A stretch of DNA of 64,000 bases, taken from Macrostomum lignano (Eukaryota). Positions 1 through 12,620 of this stretch are shown in pieces. The DNA lies in assembly GCA_002269645.1 (NCBI GenBank), contig NIVC01000453.1, forward strand, positions 1-64,000. Direction: 5' to 3'. The position numbers were made by a program, and so were the translations under genes. Numbering within the stretch: the stretch's first letter is position 1; the number at the start of each line of letters is the position of its first letter. The notes under the pieces are model-generated. The model saw only the letters and a program-made list of their open reading frames with translations, searched no databases and was not told where the DNA came from.

Positions 1-490
1 CCATCCAGATAAACCGGCCACTCCAAGATAACCGGCCAAAATCGACAATCCAGATAAACCGGCCATCCAAATAGACGCATCCAGATAAACCGGCCATCCA
101 GATAAACCGGCCATCCAGATAAACGGCCATCCAGATAAACCGGCAAAATCGACAATCCAGATAAACCGGCCATCCAAATAGACCATCCAGATAAACCGGC
201 CATCCAAATAGACCATCCAGATAAACCGGCCATCCAATAAGACCACCCAGATAAACGGCCATCCAAATAGACCACCCAGATAAACCGGCCATCCAAAAGA
301 CCAGATACCAGATAAACCGGCCATCCAAATCGACCATCCAGATAAACCGGCATCCAGAATAAACCGGCCACCAAATAAACCGGCCAAAATCGACAATCCA
401 GATAAACCGGCCATCCAAAATAGACCATCCAGATAAACCGGCCATCCATAGACCATCAGATAAACCGGCCATCCAAATCGACCATCCTTC
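1..490. repeat. Minisatellite CCATCCAGATAAACCGG (17/29-bp units) in nuclear receptor intron
   Basis: Direct inspection. Confidence 0.9.
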
Positions 491-554
491 ATGCCCGCGA
501 CAGAAATCGTAGAGAAAAAACCTACGGTTAGACCCCCCATAGCAACACACTCAC

Positions 555-3500
555 CATAGGCAAGCGCTCAGCCCTGAACTTAGAACTCCTGGAGAAGTAG
601 GCGGTGCGCCGATGCCCCTCGAGAATGAGCTCCGTGCTCTCGGCAATGGCCCGGCCGCAGACAGGGTTCTGGCTGAACTGATCGTTTAAATCGCTTCCAG
701 TACTGCACAATTTGTCAACCGCGCACAGGATTAAACTTGGCGCGAATCGCCGGACACGTCCGGACGATCGCAGAGTGAGCAAAGCCACGCGGCCGAGCGA
801 CTGTCGGTGTCGCCAGTCAGGCGGTGGCACAGGCGGACAAGCGACTGGCCGATAGCAGCGCTGACAGCCGGTTAGCCAGGCTTCGCTAAGCTGACGCGTC
901 CGGCGGCGCGCGGGGAGGAGGCGGGTGAGGCGGCGGAGTCGGGGAGCTCCGACTGCTGCTGCCGCAGCGACCGGAGCTCGATGCCAGGGTGACTGGGCGC
1001 CGACGACTGCGACCGACGGAGTGACCGGGACGGATTGTGCGGATGGCGGAAACGATGCCGACGGCGGTGGCGGCGGCGGCGGTGAGGTGGCGACGGTGGC
1101 GCGGGACTCGATAGAAGTCGGGGCAAGGAGCTGGTCTGCAGAGTTTAATAGGACAGGATGTACTTCAAATACTACTTTTTTCCCTGGTTTTTAGTGTGAA
1201 TGTCAGCGACCTTTGACTGGCACAGTTTGACTGTCAGTGACTTTTTGACTGGCTCAATTTGACTGTCAGTGACTTTTTGACTGGCAAAATTTGACTTTCA
1301 GTGACTTTTGACTGGCACAGTTTGACTGTCAGTGACTTTTGACTGGCACAGTTTGACTGTCAGTGACTTTTGACTGGCACAGTTTGACTGTCAGTGACTT
1401 TTGACTGTCAGTGACTTTTGACTGGCACAGTTTGACTGTCAGTGACTTTTGACTGTCAGTGACCTTTTGACTGGCACAATTTGACTGTCCGCGACTTTTT
1501 TTGACTGCCAGTGACCTTTTGACTGGCACAATTTGACTGTCAGTGACGTTTTGACTGGCACAGTTTGACTGTCAGTGACCTTTTGACTGGCACAATTTGA
1601 CTGTCAGTGACCTTTTGACTGGCACAATTTGACTGTCAGTGACCTTTTGACTGGCACAGTTTGACTGCCAGTGACCTTTTGACTGGCACAATTTGACTGA
1701 CTTCTGAGAACGAGAAGAGCGGGAAACTGGGCTCTAGTTCAGCCCCCTCTTTTTATTCAGATGGTTTTCAGTGGGCTCTGGGCACTGCCGCAAACCAAAG
1801 CTTCAACCTCTGAGGCACCCAACCCCGCCGTGTTAAGAAAACTATTCACGCACCCGAGCACAGGAGGTGACAGGCGATTTGTCGCTATTTAGCGAGGCCT
1901 GTCGTCTAAAACAGGTGCGACGACAGACTTGGTTTTCAAATTCCCGCCGTTTCAGCTCGATGAAGCGCAGCAGTTGCTGATCGCTGATTGTCTCAGCGTC
2001 TACAGAGCTCGGCGAAGGCGGCTGCTGGGTTCGACGCTTTGCGCCGCCGACTCCGCGACCGCCGTTGCCGTTGTCGGCGTCGAGTCTGGCCCGACGGCCG
2101 AGTTTCGAACGCTGCCGGCCCATGTTAACGGCGCAGCACTTTTTCAAACGGCACCATTGGCAGGCGTTGCGAGTCTGCGGCGTTATCGCCAGCGGGCTGG
2201 CGTGGGAGCAGGCACCGGCCGGGTTGCGGGACGACACGATACGGCGGAAAAAGCCCTTGGAGAATGGGAGTGAGCGAAACTTTTAGATCATCCGCCTGCC
2301 TTAATCAGGTAGATCTATCTACCTGCCATATAAGTTGTCAATTGGGTGCCCACTGTACTGCTGAGATAGATCTATCTGCTGCTCACTGTGCTAGTAGAAT
2401 AGATCTATCTGCTGCTCACTGTGCTACTAGGATAGATCTATCAGCTGCTCACTGTGCTACTAGAATAGATCTATCTGCTGCTCACTGTGCTACTAGGATA
2501 GATCTATCTGCTGCTCACTGTGCTACTAGGATAGATCTATCAGCTGCTCACTGTGCTAGTAGAATAGATCTATCTGCTGCTCACTGTGCTACTAGAATAG
2601 ATCTATCTGCTGCTCACTGTGCTACTAGAATAGATCTATCTGCTGCTCACTGTGCTACTAGAATAGATCTATCTGCTGCTCACTGTGCAAGTAGAATCGA
2701 TCTATCTGCTGCTCACTGTGCTACTAGAATAGATCTATCTGCTGCTCACTGTGCTACTAGGATAGATCTATCTGCTGCTCATTGTGCTACTAGGATAGAT
2801 CGATCTGCTGCTCACTGTGCTACTAGGATAGATCTATCTGCTTCCCATTGTGCTACCAAGGTAGTTCTATCTGCCATTAACAGCTACTAGGATAGATCTA
2901 TCTGTCATTCAATAGGTACTAGGATAGATCTATCTGCAATTCAAAAGGTACTAGGATAGATCTATCTGCCATTCAGCAGCTACTAGGATAGATCTATCTG
3001 CCATTCAGCAGCTACTAGGATAGATCTATCTGTCATTCAACAGCTACTAGAATATATCTATTTGCCATTCAGCAGCTACTAGGATAGATCTATCTGCCAT
3101 TCAGCAGCTACTAGAATAGATCTATCTGCTGCTCACTGTGCTAGTAGAATCGATCTATCTGCTGCTCATTGTGCTACTAGGATAGATCTATCTGCTGCTC
3201 ATTGTGCTACTAGAATAGATCTATCTGCTGCTCACTGTGCTACTAGAATAGATCTATCTGCTGCTCACTGTGCTACTAGAATAGATCTATCTGCTGCTCA
3301 CTGTGCTACTAGGATAGATCTATCTGCTTCCCATTGTGCTACCAAGGTAGTTCTATCTGCCATTAACAGCTACTAGGATAGATCTATCTGTCATTCAATA
3401 GGTACTAGGATAGATCTATCTGTCATTCAATAGGTACTAGGATAGATCTATCTGTCATTCAATAGGTACTAGGATAGATCTATCTGCCATTCAGCAGCTA

Positions 3501-4832
3501 CTAGGATAGATCTATCTGCCATTCAGCAGCTACTAGGATAGATCTATCTGCCATTCAGCAGCTACTAGGATAGATCTATCTGCCATTCAGCAGCTACTAG
3601 GATAGATCTATCTGTCATTCAACAGCTACTAGAATATATCTATTTGCCATTCAGCAGCTACTAGGATAGATCTATCTGCCATTCAGCAGCTACTAGAATA
3701 GATCTATCTGCTGCTCACTGTGCTAGTAGAATCGATCTATCTGCTGCTCACTGTGCTACTAGGATAGATCTATCTGCTGCTCATTGTGCTACTAGAATAG
3801 ATCTATCTGCTTCCCATAGTGCTACCAAGGTAGTTCTATCTGCCATTAACAGCTACTAGGATAGATCTATCTGCCATTCAATAGGTACTAGGATAGATCT
3901 ATCTGTCATTCAATAGGTACTAGGATAGATCTATCTGTCATTCAATAGGTACTAGGATAGATCTATCTGCCATTCAGCAGCTACTAGGATAGATCTATCT
4001 GCCATTCAGCAGCTACTAGGATAGATCTATCTGCCATTCAGCAGCTACTAGGATAGATCTATCTGCCATTCAGCAGCTACTAGGATAGATCTATCTGTCA
4101 TTCAACAGCTACTAGAATATATCTATTTGCCATTCAGCAGCTACTAGGATAGATCTATCTGCCATTCAGCAGCTACTAGAATAGATCTATCTGCTGCTCA
4201 CTGTGCTAGTAGAATCGATCTATCTGCTGCTCACTGTGCTACTAGGATAGATCTATCTGCTGCTCATTGTGCTACTAGAATAGATCTATCTGCTTCCCAT
4301 AGTGCTACCAAGGTAGTTCTATCTGCCATTAACAGCTACTAGGATAGATCTATCTGCCATTCAATAGGTACTAGGATATATCTATCTGTCATTCAACAGC
4401 TACTAGAATATATCTATCTGCCATTCAGCAGCTACTAGGATAGATCTATCTGCCATTCAACAACTACTATGATAGATCTATCTGCCATTCAACAACTATT
4501 ATGGTAGATCTATCTGCCATTCAGCAGCTACTATGATAGATCTATCTGCCATTCAACAACTATTATGGTAGATCTATCTGCCGCACCTTGCAGCCTTCGC
4601 AAGTGGGCACACCGTAGTGCACACCGCTGGCTACATCCTGGCAAACAGCGCATGAAGAACCGCGCGGACTGTTGGACAAGCCTGAAGCCGAACCGGAAGC
4701 TGAATTCGACACGGCAGAAACAGACGACTTGCCCGACGGAGACGTCGACAAGTCCAGCGACGTGCGAGCCGGAAGCAGCAGCCGGGACTGCGGCTGAGTA
4801 GCTTGAGCTTGAGTCGAGTCTGCGCTTGCCAT
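555..4832 (-). CDS. Nuclear hormone receptor (C4 zinc-finger DBD, P-box CEGCKG; NR1-like), 3'-partial, multi-exon
   Basis: Exon 4587-4832 encodes MASADS...CAVCQDVASGVHYGVPTCEGCK with donor AAG|GTGCGG. Exon ~1850-2255 begins GFFRR and continues ...CSHASPLAITPQTRNACQWCRLKKCCAVNM...RSKLGRR. The phase-0 intron at CEGCK|GFF is a common NR intron position. Exon 555-~1135 is one open frame ending ...ELILEGHRRTAY...LPM|GTGAGT, resembling LBD helix 1. The exon2/exon3 junction is ambiguous (donor after 1850 or 1854; acceptor before 1135 or 1130). The gene continues past position 1. Confidence 0.88.
1205..1700. repeat. ~31-bp minisatellite TTTGACTGTCAGTGACTTTTGACTGGCACAG in nuclear receptor intron
   Basis: Direct inspection; about 12 copies of CTGTCA. 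Confidence 0.92.
2308..4580. repeat. 32/33-bp minisatellite with GATAGATCTATC palindrome and ~483-bp higher-order repeat, filling the intron that splits the NR DBD
   Basis: The marker CTTCCCAT(T/A)GTGCTACCAAGG recurs at ~2841, 3327, 3810 and 4293. Confidence 0.95.
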
Positions 4833-7800
4833 TTTTTGGCCTAGGTCACGCACGCGATCTTGAATGACACTAGTTCTGGCTGCAAATGCACAGGGCAAAT
4901 GCTCAAACAAATCAGTACAACAACAGGTTACAAGTAAGAAAACAAGCCTAAAACTTCAAGCCTTTTTTGTCACACTTTTTGTTCAGGCATCAACATTAAC
5001 TACAGGTGTTTCATATTTAGCATCAATTATTTTATAACTATTTAGATTCGTGCAACTTTAGGATTTTTATATCAAACTGTCAAAGTTAAATAAGCTATAA
5101 ACATGGAGCCTGCAGACTTTTACACAAATTCTGTGGGTCAAAGGCTTAGCAATATAAATGATATAGTATACAGTGTTTGGTGTTTTATTTTTTATTGAAT
5201 TCTTTTGACTGATTCTGGATTTGGACCCACAATACCAAATGGCAACCCACTATAATTCTATTGCTTAGAAAACTCTATCTCAATTATATAGATAATAGTT
5301 AACTTTATATCAATTGAAAATTGGCCACTTACTCAACAAGCCCTACATCATAGCATAGCATATATACATAACACTTAGCCAATCTAGTGAATCTAGCCAA
5401 ATGATAAAATGGCCAAAGCAGGTAATGATATTTTTCAAAACTGATCAACCAAGCACCCAAAAATTGTTAGGATGGAGGGTGACATAGGACAAAAACATTT
5501 AATTTAAGTCAAAGACAAAATATTTAAACTACACATACAGCTTTGCTATACAAAGGCTCTCTAGATACAATTATGCCATATTTTCATAGAAGACTATATT
5601 GAACCAATTAGATAAAATTCAATAAGCTTTGCATATAAATTTGGCTTTGAGATTGGGGTCTAGTATTATAAACACTATATGTAGCTCAAATGAAAGTATG
5701 TTTCAATTTAATACCATTGGCTTTTATAGAGTATAAACTAAATAAACAAGGACTTATTCTAAAATCTAAAAGAATTGCATTGGCATATATTCTATATATC
5801 TATTAAATATTTTTTTTAATTTTTGTATTTGTATATTAAATACTATATTTCAATTTTAAAACTTATATCAATTGTATATTAAAATTATTCTATTATTAAA
5901 AACAGAAATATATTCTATTTTTTAATAAATAATAATAATGCTTATCTATACAAATATTTTGTTTGCTTTAAAAACTTTTCTTAAACTTTAAAAGTTGCTT
6001 GTATTTTAATAGGTCATGCTATAGTATACTTATTATTGCTCTATATTATTCCTTTGGTATAGTCATATATGCAAAGGATTTAAAAATATAAAAAAGAGGA
6101 AGGTAGATTATAAACATAAGAGTAGAGACACTATAATATACATAAGATCACTGCCCATTTAATTTTAAATTATTAAATTTTAGAATATTGATAATATTTG
6201 CAACTGCTAAACCGAAGGAAAAGGGGCATCATCATTGTTAGCCATATAGGATAGCTGCTATTGTCTTGCCCCTCTCCTTAAATCTACTCTTGTATAAGTA
6301 ATATAATCTAGGTTTTTATACATAGTCATAGAGTGTGTGCATATCATATGTATTCTAATTTTTAGCAAAAAATCTAGGATAATTTTTATATAAACTTTTT
6401 TTCAAATATAGCCTAGCTTAAAGTTTAGTATAGTATTGTACTCTTAGACTTAAGGTTTTAGATCAGGATTAGGAATCAATCTTTCATTCCTTTTCAAGTT
6501 TATTTAAATAGATAACTATTAAAAAGCTTTTGGCCCTATATAATGATTTTAGACTTATTCAAAGTCTTAGATATAATAACTAGCAGTTTGATTTTTATAA
6601 AAACAAAAGCTTTGTCTTTATTATTTAAAACTAACCCAATTTAGACTCACAACCTTCCTCTTTTGTTTTACTTTAATTAACAAATTAAATTAAACTTTAA
6701 ATTAAGCAACTTATATCAAAAATCTATTTGATTGAATTTAATCAAGGATATAAATTTAAATTTCTATCTCTACCTGTACTTAATTCTAAGTAATTTCAAT
6801 TTAAGATTATTAATGTTAAAAATTTGTAATTGAGAAGAATGAGAAAGGGGGTTAAATTTTTTCTATTAGGGGCCTAAGTCATTCAATTGAATTTGAGTAC
6901 TAGGCCTACTTTAAAGGGTAATATATATTATTTTAAGGCTAGGAGGCTAGCCGCTAGGCTATGGCTTAAAATGCATTAGAAAATGTAGCGCCACAACAGT
7001 CATTAGTGTTAATCATTAATTAGACAAGTTAGATTAGACTAAGATAGAACTAAGACTAAGAGTCAGACAGAGTAGCCCTACACAACAATATGCAATACAG
7101 TGCAAAATCTAGTGCTTTTAGTGATTTACAAAGGATGTTAATAGACTTTAAATGCACTTCTTTTTATCTAACTTGCATAAGGGCTAGGCCTAATCCCTAA
7201 GCAGGCTAAGGCTTTGATTGCAGGACTTAAGTAAATTTAAATCCTTGATTTAATTTAGTACTTTACTATAAAGTCAAAAGTGTAAGTACTAAACTATTAT
7301 ATAACAACACCGCTTTAGCTTCAACAATTTACTATGCTAACAACTAACTTTGACATTTTAAGCATTTTTTCAATCGATTTTTTACAATATTTTGGGGGGT
7401 GCTTTTATGCGGGGTGAATTCGGTAAGTAAGTAGTTACGAGCTAGTTAATAGTTAGTAGTTACTAGTTATACTAGTTAGACCTGCTGAACTTTTATTTAA
7501 AATGCATACCTTAAAACGCATATTTAAAAGTAAAATGTTTCAGTGTTTTTATCTTTACTCAAAATTATACATTTTGGGTATTCCTAGAATTGATTTTTTA
7601 AGCTCAATTAGCAAATAATTGGAACTAGTCAATTTTGTTTGTTATGCCTTTAAAAATAAGCGGACTGTGTATTGAAAGGATTTTAATTTTCTAACGCAAG
7701 CAAAAACGGTTAATCAAAATGCCTATGTACTTGACTGTTGGGAAGAGAATTCTAGGAGTTTATGCACTTTAAGACTTGCTTTACCTGTTGTGCAGGCACA

Positions 7801-8984
7801 CAATCGCGCGGCTAATAGTTCTGTGAAGAGTGCATCCAGACCCAGTAGGGTCTACATCATATGCATGTCCCATACATGTACGAGCGTATACATGTACATG
7901 TTGAGGGCTTGCATTTTGTCCAAAATTTGACTGGCTCTCCCCAAAATTTTCAATATGACACCTGTAATAACACGGCCCTCCATCCTGATTTCGCCTCCAT
8001 TTGCATCCATCTTTCAGAATTAAAATGCGTAATACAGTCGTACAGTTGCCGCGCAGCTAAACATTTTTAAAGACATCTCTTTCGTAAACACTACTAAAAG
8101 TAGACTCTAGTTTTGTCCCAGATTTTTCCATCCACATTGATTGAAATGGCGTGAACTCCAAGATAAATGGCGCCAACTCCAATTCTAATTGAATGGCGCG
8201 CCTTGGCCACTCAAAATACAGGTACATACAAACCTAAAGTGTTACACGCATACAGCAGCCACTTGTTCCGTGAAAAACAAAAACAAAAACAACACCAATG
8301 ATTACGACACAGATTGCTTGTTCAGATAACTAAGACTAATTACTGCAATATAGATGGATCCCAGACCCATTCCTAAATTGATTTTATCGATCAAGACAAC
8401 GGACGAGACGTCATTGAAAATTTGAGGGAACCAGCTGTGTACGATCCATTCTACTTTTATAGCTGGTGTATATCATTGGCACTGCACACAAACAGGCACA
8501 CACGAGATCTAGATCTGCAATCAAAATTTGCTGGATTTTCGATTGAAAATAGTCGGCCGCGATCAGTTTAAATAACAATATTAACTAGCTCGTATATACA
8601 TAATAATATACACACAAGGGCGCGATCGAGCGCAACTTGTGGAAGCGATCGTGTAGGGAAAAATTTGATATCGAAACTTGAGCTCAGCTTCAGTTTCATC
8701 TGTAGGCCAAGCCCCGCCTACTACTATTATACTCAAATAATGACTGACAAGTTTGAAGGGTTTGTTTGGACAGCATCATCAAGATAGAGCCGCCACGCTT
8801 TGCATTGATCAGCCAGTCGGATTCGCAAGTCAGTTGAGATCGAAGCTGGGTATCTCGGCTCCATTCGGGGCTAGGTTAATTAAGCATTATGGGAATCTAT
8901 TCAACTGCCCCATCCCTTCATGGTCCTTCATTACACCTAAAATAGTGCCCAGGCCACATCGATCTCACCGCGCCCGCCACAACC

Positions 8985-10570
8985 TCTCCCAGAGTCTCCC
9001 CCAATCTCATTCTGCCTCCCTCAACCTCTCTCAGAGTCTCCCTCAATCTCATCCTGCCCTCCCTTAATCTCATCCTGCCTCCCTCAATCTCACCCTGCCC
9101 TCCCTTAATCTCATCCTGCCTCCCTTAATCTCATCCTGCCTCCCTCAATCTCATCCTGCCTCCCTCAATCTCATCCTGCCCTCCCTTAATCTCATCCTGC
9201 CTCCCCAGTCTCATCCTGCCTTCCTTAATCTCATCCTGCCTCCGTCAATCTCATCCTACCTCTCTCAATTTCCTTCTGCCTCCCTAGCTCAATCTCTCTC
9301 AGAATCTCCCTTAATCTCATTCTGCCTCCCTCAATCTCAGCCTGCCTCCCCCAATCTCAGCATGCCTCCCTCAATCTCAGCATGCCTCCCTCAATCTCAT
9401 CCTGCCTTCCTCAATCTTATCCTGCCTCCTCCAATCTCATTCTGCCTCCCTCAATCTCATCCTGCCTCCCTCAATCTCATCCTGCCTCCCTCAATCTCAT
9501 CCTGCCTCCCTCAATCTCATCCTGCCTCCCTCAATCTTATCCTGCCTCCCTCAATCTTATCCTGCCTCCTCCAATCTCATCCTGCCTCCCTCAATCTCAT
9601 CCTGCCTCCCTCAATCTCATCCTGCCTCCCTCAATCTCATCCTGCCTCCCTCAATCTCATCCTGCCTCCCTCAATCTCATCCTGCCTCCCCTAATCTCAT
9701 CCTGCCTCCCCCAATCTCCTCCTGCCTCCCTCAATCTCATCCTGCCTCCCTCAATCTCATCCTGCCTCCCTAGCTCAATCTCTTTCATAGTCTCCTTATA
9801 TCCCTCAATCTCATTCCGCCTCCCTCAATCTCATCCTGCCTCCCTCAATCTCATCCTGCCTCCCCCAATCTCCTCCTGCCTCCCCCAATCTCATCCTGCC
9901 TTCCCCAATCTCATCCTGCCTCCCCCAATCTCATCCTGCCTCCCTCAATCTCATCCTGCCTCCCTAGCTCAATCTCTTTCATAGTCTCCTTATATCCCTC
10001 AATCTCATTCTGCCTCCCTCAATCTCATCCTGCCTCCCTCAATCTCATCCTGCCTTCCTCAATCTCATCCTGCCTTCCTCAATCTCATCCTGCCTCCCTC
10101 AATCTCATCCTGCCTCCCTCAATCTCATCCTGCCTCCCTCAATCTCATCCTGCCTCCCTCAATCTTATCCTGCCTCCCTCAATCTTATCCTGCCTCCTCC
10201 AATCTCATCCTGCCTCCCTCAATCTCATCCTGCCTTCCTTAATCTCATCCTGCCTCCCCCAATCTCCTCCTGCCTCCCTCAATCTCATCCTGCCTCCCTC
10301 AATCTCATCCTGCCTCCCCTAATCTCATCCTGCCTCCCCCAATCTCCTCCTGCCTCCCTCAATCTCATCCTGCCTCCCTAGCTCAATCTCTTTCATAGTC
10401 TCCTTATATCCCTCAATCTCATTCCGCCTCCCTCAATCTCATCCTGCCTCCCTCAATCTCATCCTGCCTCCCCCAATCTCCTCCTGCCTCCCCCAATCTC
10501 ATCCTGCCTTCCCCAATCTCATCCTGCCTCCCCCAATCTCATCCTGCCTCCCCCAATCTCATCCTGCCTG
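8985..10570. repeat. 20-bp C/T-rich minisatellite CCTCAATCTCATCCTGCCTC
   Basis: Direct inspection; an interrupting block (CCTAGCTCAATCTCTTTCATAGTCTCC) recurs at ~9770, 9962 and 10377. Confidence 0.95.
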
Positions 10571-11224
10571 CCTCCATCTCTCAATAAATTTAAGAAGGCA
10601 GCGCCGAAACTGAATATCAACTATTAATTCTAATCCAGAAAAATGTCGGCAGGAAGTTTTGGCTTTTAGCGGTTAAACTCAATCTCCCACATTTTAGAAT
10701 TTTTGTAATGACGGGTTCCGAGAAGCAGCAAAGCCAGGGTAAAAAAAGAACTCCAGAGTTGAGTTACTGCAAAGCCGGATTAGCCAACTTGAAATTCTAT
10801 ATAATTAGCAAAGCTGTCTGGGCCGGGAGTCACGTGATAATTGGTCATTTATAATTGGCCTCGCGCGAGCTGCTGCTCACTTCTAGGCTAATTAACTATA
10901 ATTGGCTGATCAGGGAGGCAGGAGAAGACTCAAATCCCTGATCGAACTTTAATCCGCAATCAAGCGAACAAAATGCCGATGGTTGATCCCCTGGTCTGAT
11001 TTAAATTGGATGCAAAAAAAGGTTCCTGATTAAGAATCTGTCTTCTTTCACACCTTTGTAGGGAACTGGCAGTCTTATGCACGAGCAAATGAGCATCTCA
11101 TTTCTCATGGATGGGATTACATAGCTGAGATAAAAAAAATTCTAGGCTATGTAAAGGCGGTTTGAAGGAGGTCAGTTGACCCCTGCCCTATCTGTTGGTG
11201 GGTCGAGGTTTTTTATTTGGCGCA

Positions 11225-11620
11225 CTGTCCTTAGGTGGGGCACTGTCCTTAGGTGGGGCACCGTCCTTAGGTGGGGACACTGTCCTTAGGTGGGGGGCAC
11301 TGTCCTTAGGTGGGGGGGGGCACTGTCCTTAGGTGGGGGCACTGTCCTTAGGTGGGGGGGGGCACTGTCCTTAGGTGGGGGGGCACTGTCCTTAGGTGGG
11401 GGGGGGCACTGTCCTTAGGTGGGGGCACTGTCCTTAGGTGGGGGGCACTGTCCTTAGGTGGGGGGCAATGTCCTTAGGTGGGGGCACTGTCCTTAGGTGG
11501 GGGCACTGTCCTTAGGTGGGGGCACTGTCCTTAGGTGGGGGGGGCACTGTCCTTAGGTGGGGGGCACTGTCCTTAGGTGGGGGCACTGTCCTTAGGTGGG
11601 GCACAGTCCTTAGGGGCATT
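11225..11620. repeat. G-rich minisatellite CACTGTCCTTAGGT(G)n
   Basis: About 20 units with G-runs of 4-10. Confidence 0.92.
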
Positions 11621-12294
11621 GTCCTCCTTGGGGCACTGTCTGCGGGGTGGGGGTCAGCTGACCCCTCTCATTCTCGGGACCACCCTAGGTCCACTCCAAG
11701 AACACATGATGCCTATTCTTTTTCGATTTTCAATCAGGAAGTCGTACTTTAGCATTTTAACGATTGGCAAATATTCAAAAACTTCTAGAGAAGGTTAATT
11801 TATATATTCTATCCAATATAATGTCGGCTTAACCCCCATTTGCCACGCTAAAAAGGCCTCTGACTGCACGGGCTGAGAATTGGGAGAGCGAAGAGAAATC
11901 GTTAAGTGAGATTGAGCCGGAGTGGAGAAGGCTGCTCATTCAGGTGCACTGGCCCGCGATGCATTATGATAATGAGGCGCCCCCCCCCGAGGCTTGAAAA
12001 GCGCAGGCGTATGGCGAAAGTTTTCAGCCTGGGCTGAGGATTAAGGCGGGATTAAATCGGGGGGGGGGGGAGAGTTGGTTGAGGACGAGTTTTGCCACCC
12101 GCCGCACATGATTAATGACCGCCGACACAGTCCACTGCATCTTTGGGAAATCTGAAGTCGAAGGGAGAGCAGTTTGATGGGCTCCGGTTCACTGACTGGC
12201 AAGCCTTCTCTGGCTTGGAAATATCGCCATTCTTTTAGCTGACTTTCCTATGGCTTTGATATATCAGTAAATAATAGCTCAGATTTTACCCGCT

Positions 12295-12620
12295 GATTTC
12301 CGCCCCATGTCAAACCTACTCTCCCGAAATCCGCCCCAATAAAACCTGCTCCTCTGTGAAATCCGCCCCCTATCAAACCTACTTCCCCGAAATCCGCCCC
12401 CTATCAAACCTACTCCCCCGAAATCCGCCCCCTATTTAACCTACTCCCCCGAAATCCGCCCCCCTATTCAACCTACTCCCCCGAAATCCGCCCCCCTATT
12501 CAACCTACTCCCCCGAAATCCGCCCCCTATTCAACCTACTCCCCCGAAATCCGCCCCCTATTCAACCTACTCCCCCGAAATCCGCCCCCCTATTCAACCT
12601 CCCAGAATCCGCCCCCTATT
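12295..12620. repeat. ~31-bp C-rich minisatellite AAATCCGCCCCCTATTCAACCTACTCCCCCG
   Basis: Direct inspection. Confidence 0.9.

Noticed and set aside
872-1126. ORF-track frame for NR exon 3 (PRLLSSPAPP...)
   Set aside because: It stops at 872. The neighbouring frame is open from 1133 to the GTGAGT donor at 554 and contains the helix-1-like ELILEGHRRT.
2264-2890. 208-aa ORF of RIDLSAAHCAT repeats, and similar repeat ORFs at 9362-9984, 14104-14819, 16403-17339, 36536-37177, 37879-38602 and 40454-40982
   Set aside because: These are translations of intronic or intergenic minisatellites whose units lack stops. They show no domain features and are open in several frames or on both strands.
7393-7424. 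Sequence resembling a pogo/Tc2-type TIR ending in TA (GGGGTGCTTTTATGCGGGGTGAATTCGGTA)
   Set aside because: I could not find the partner TIR in the window, and the resemblance is from memory only.
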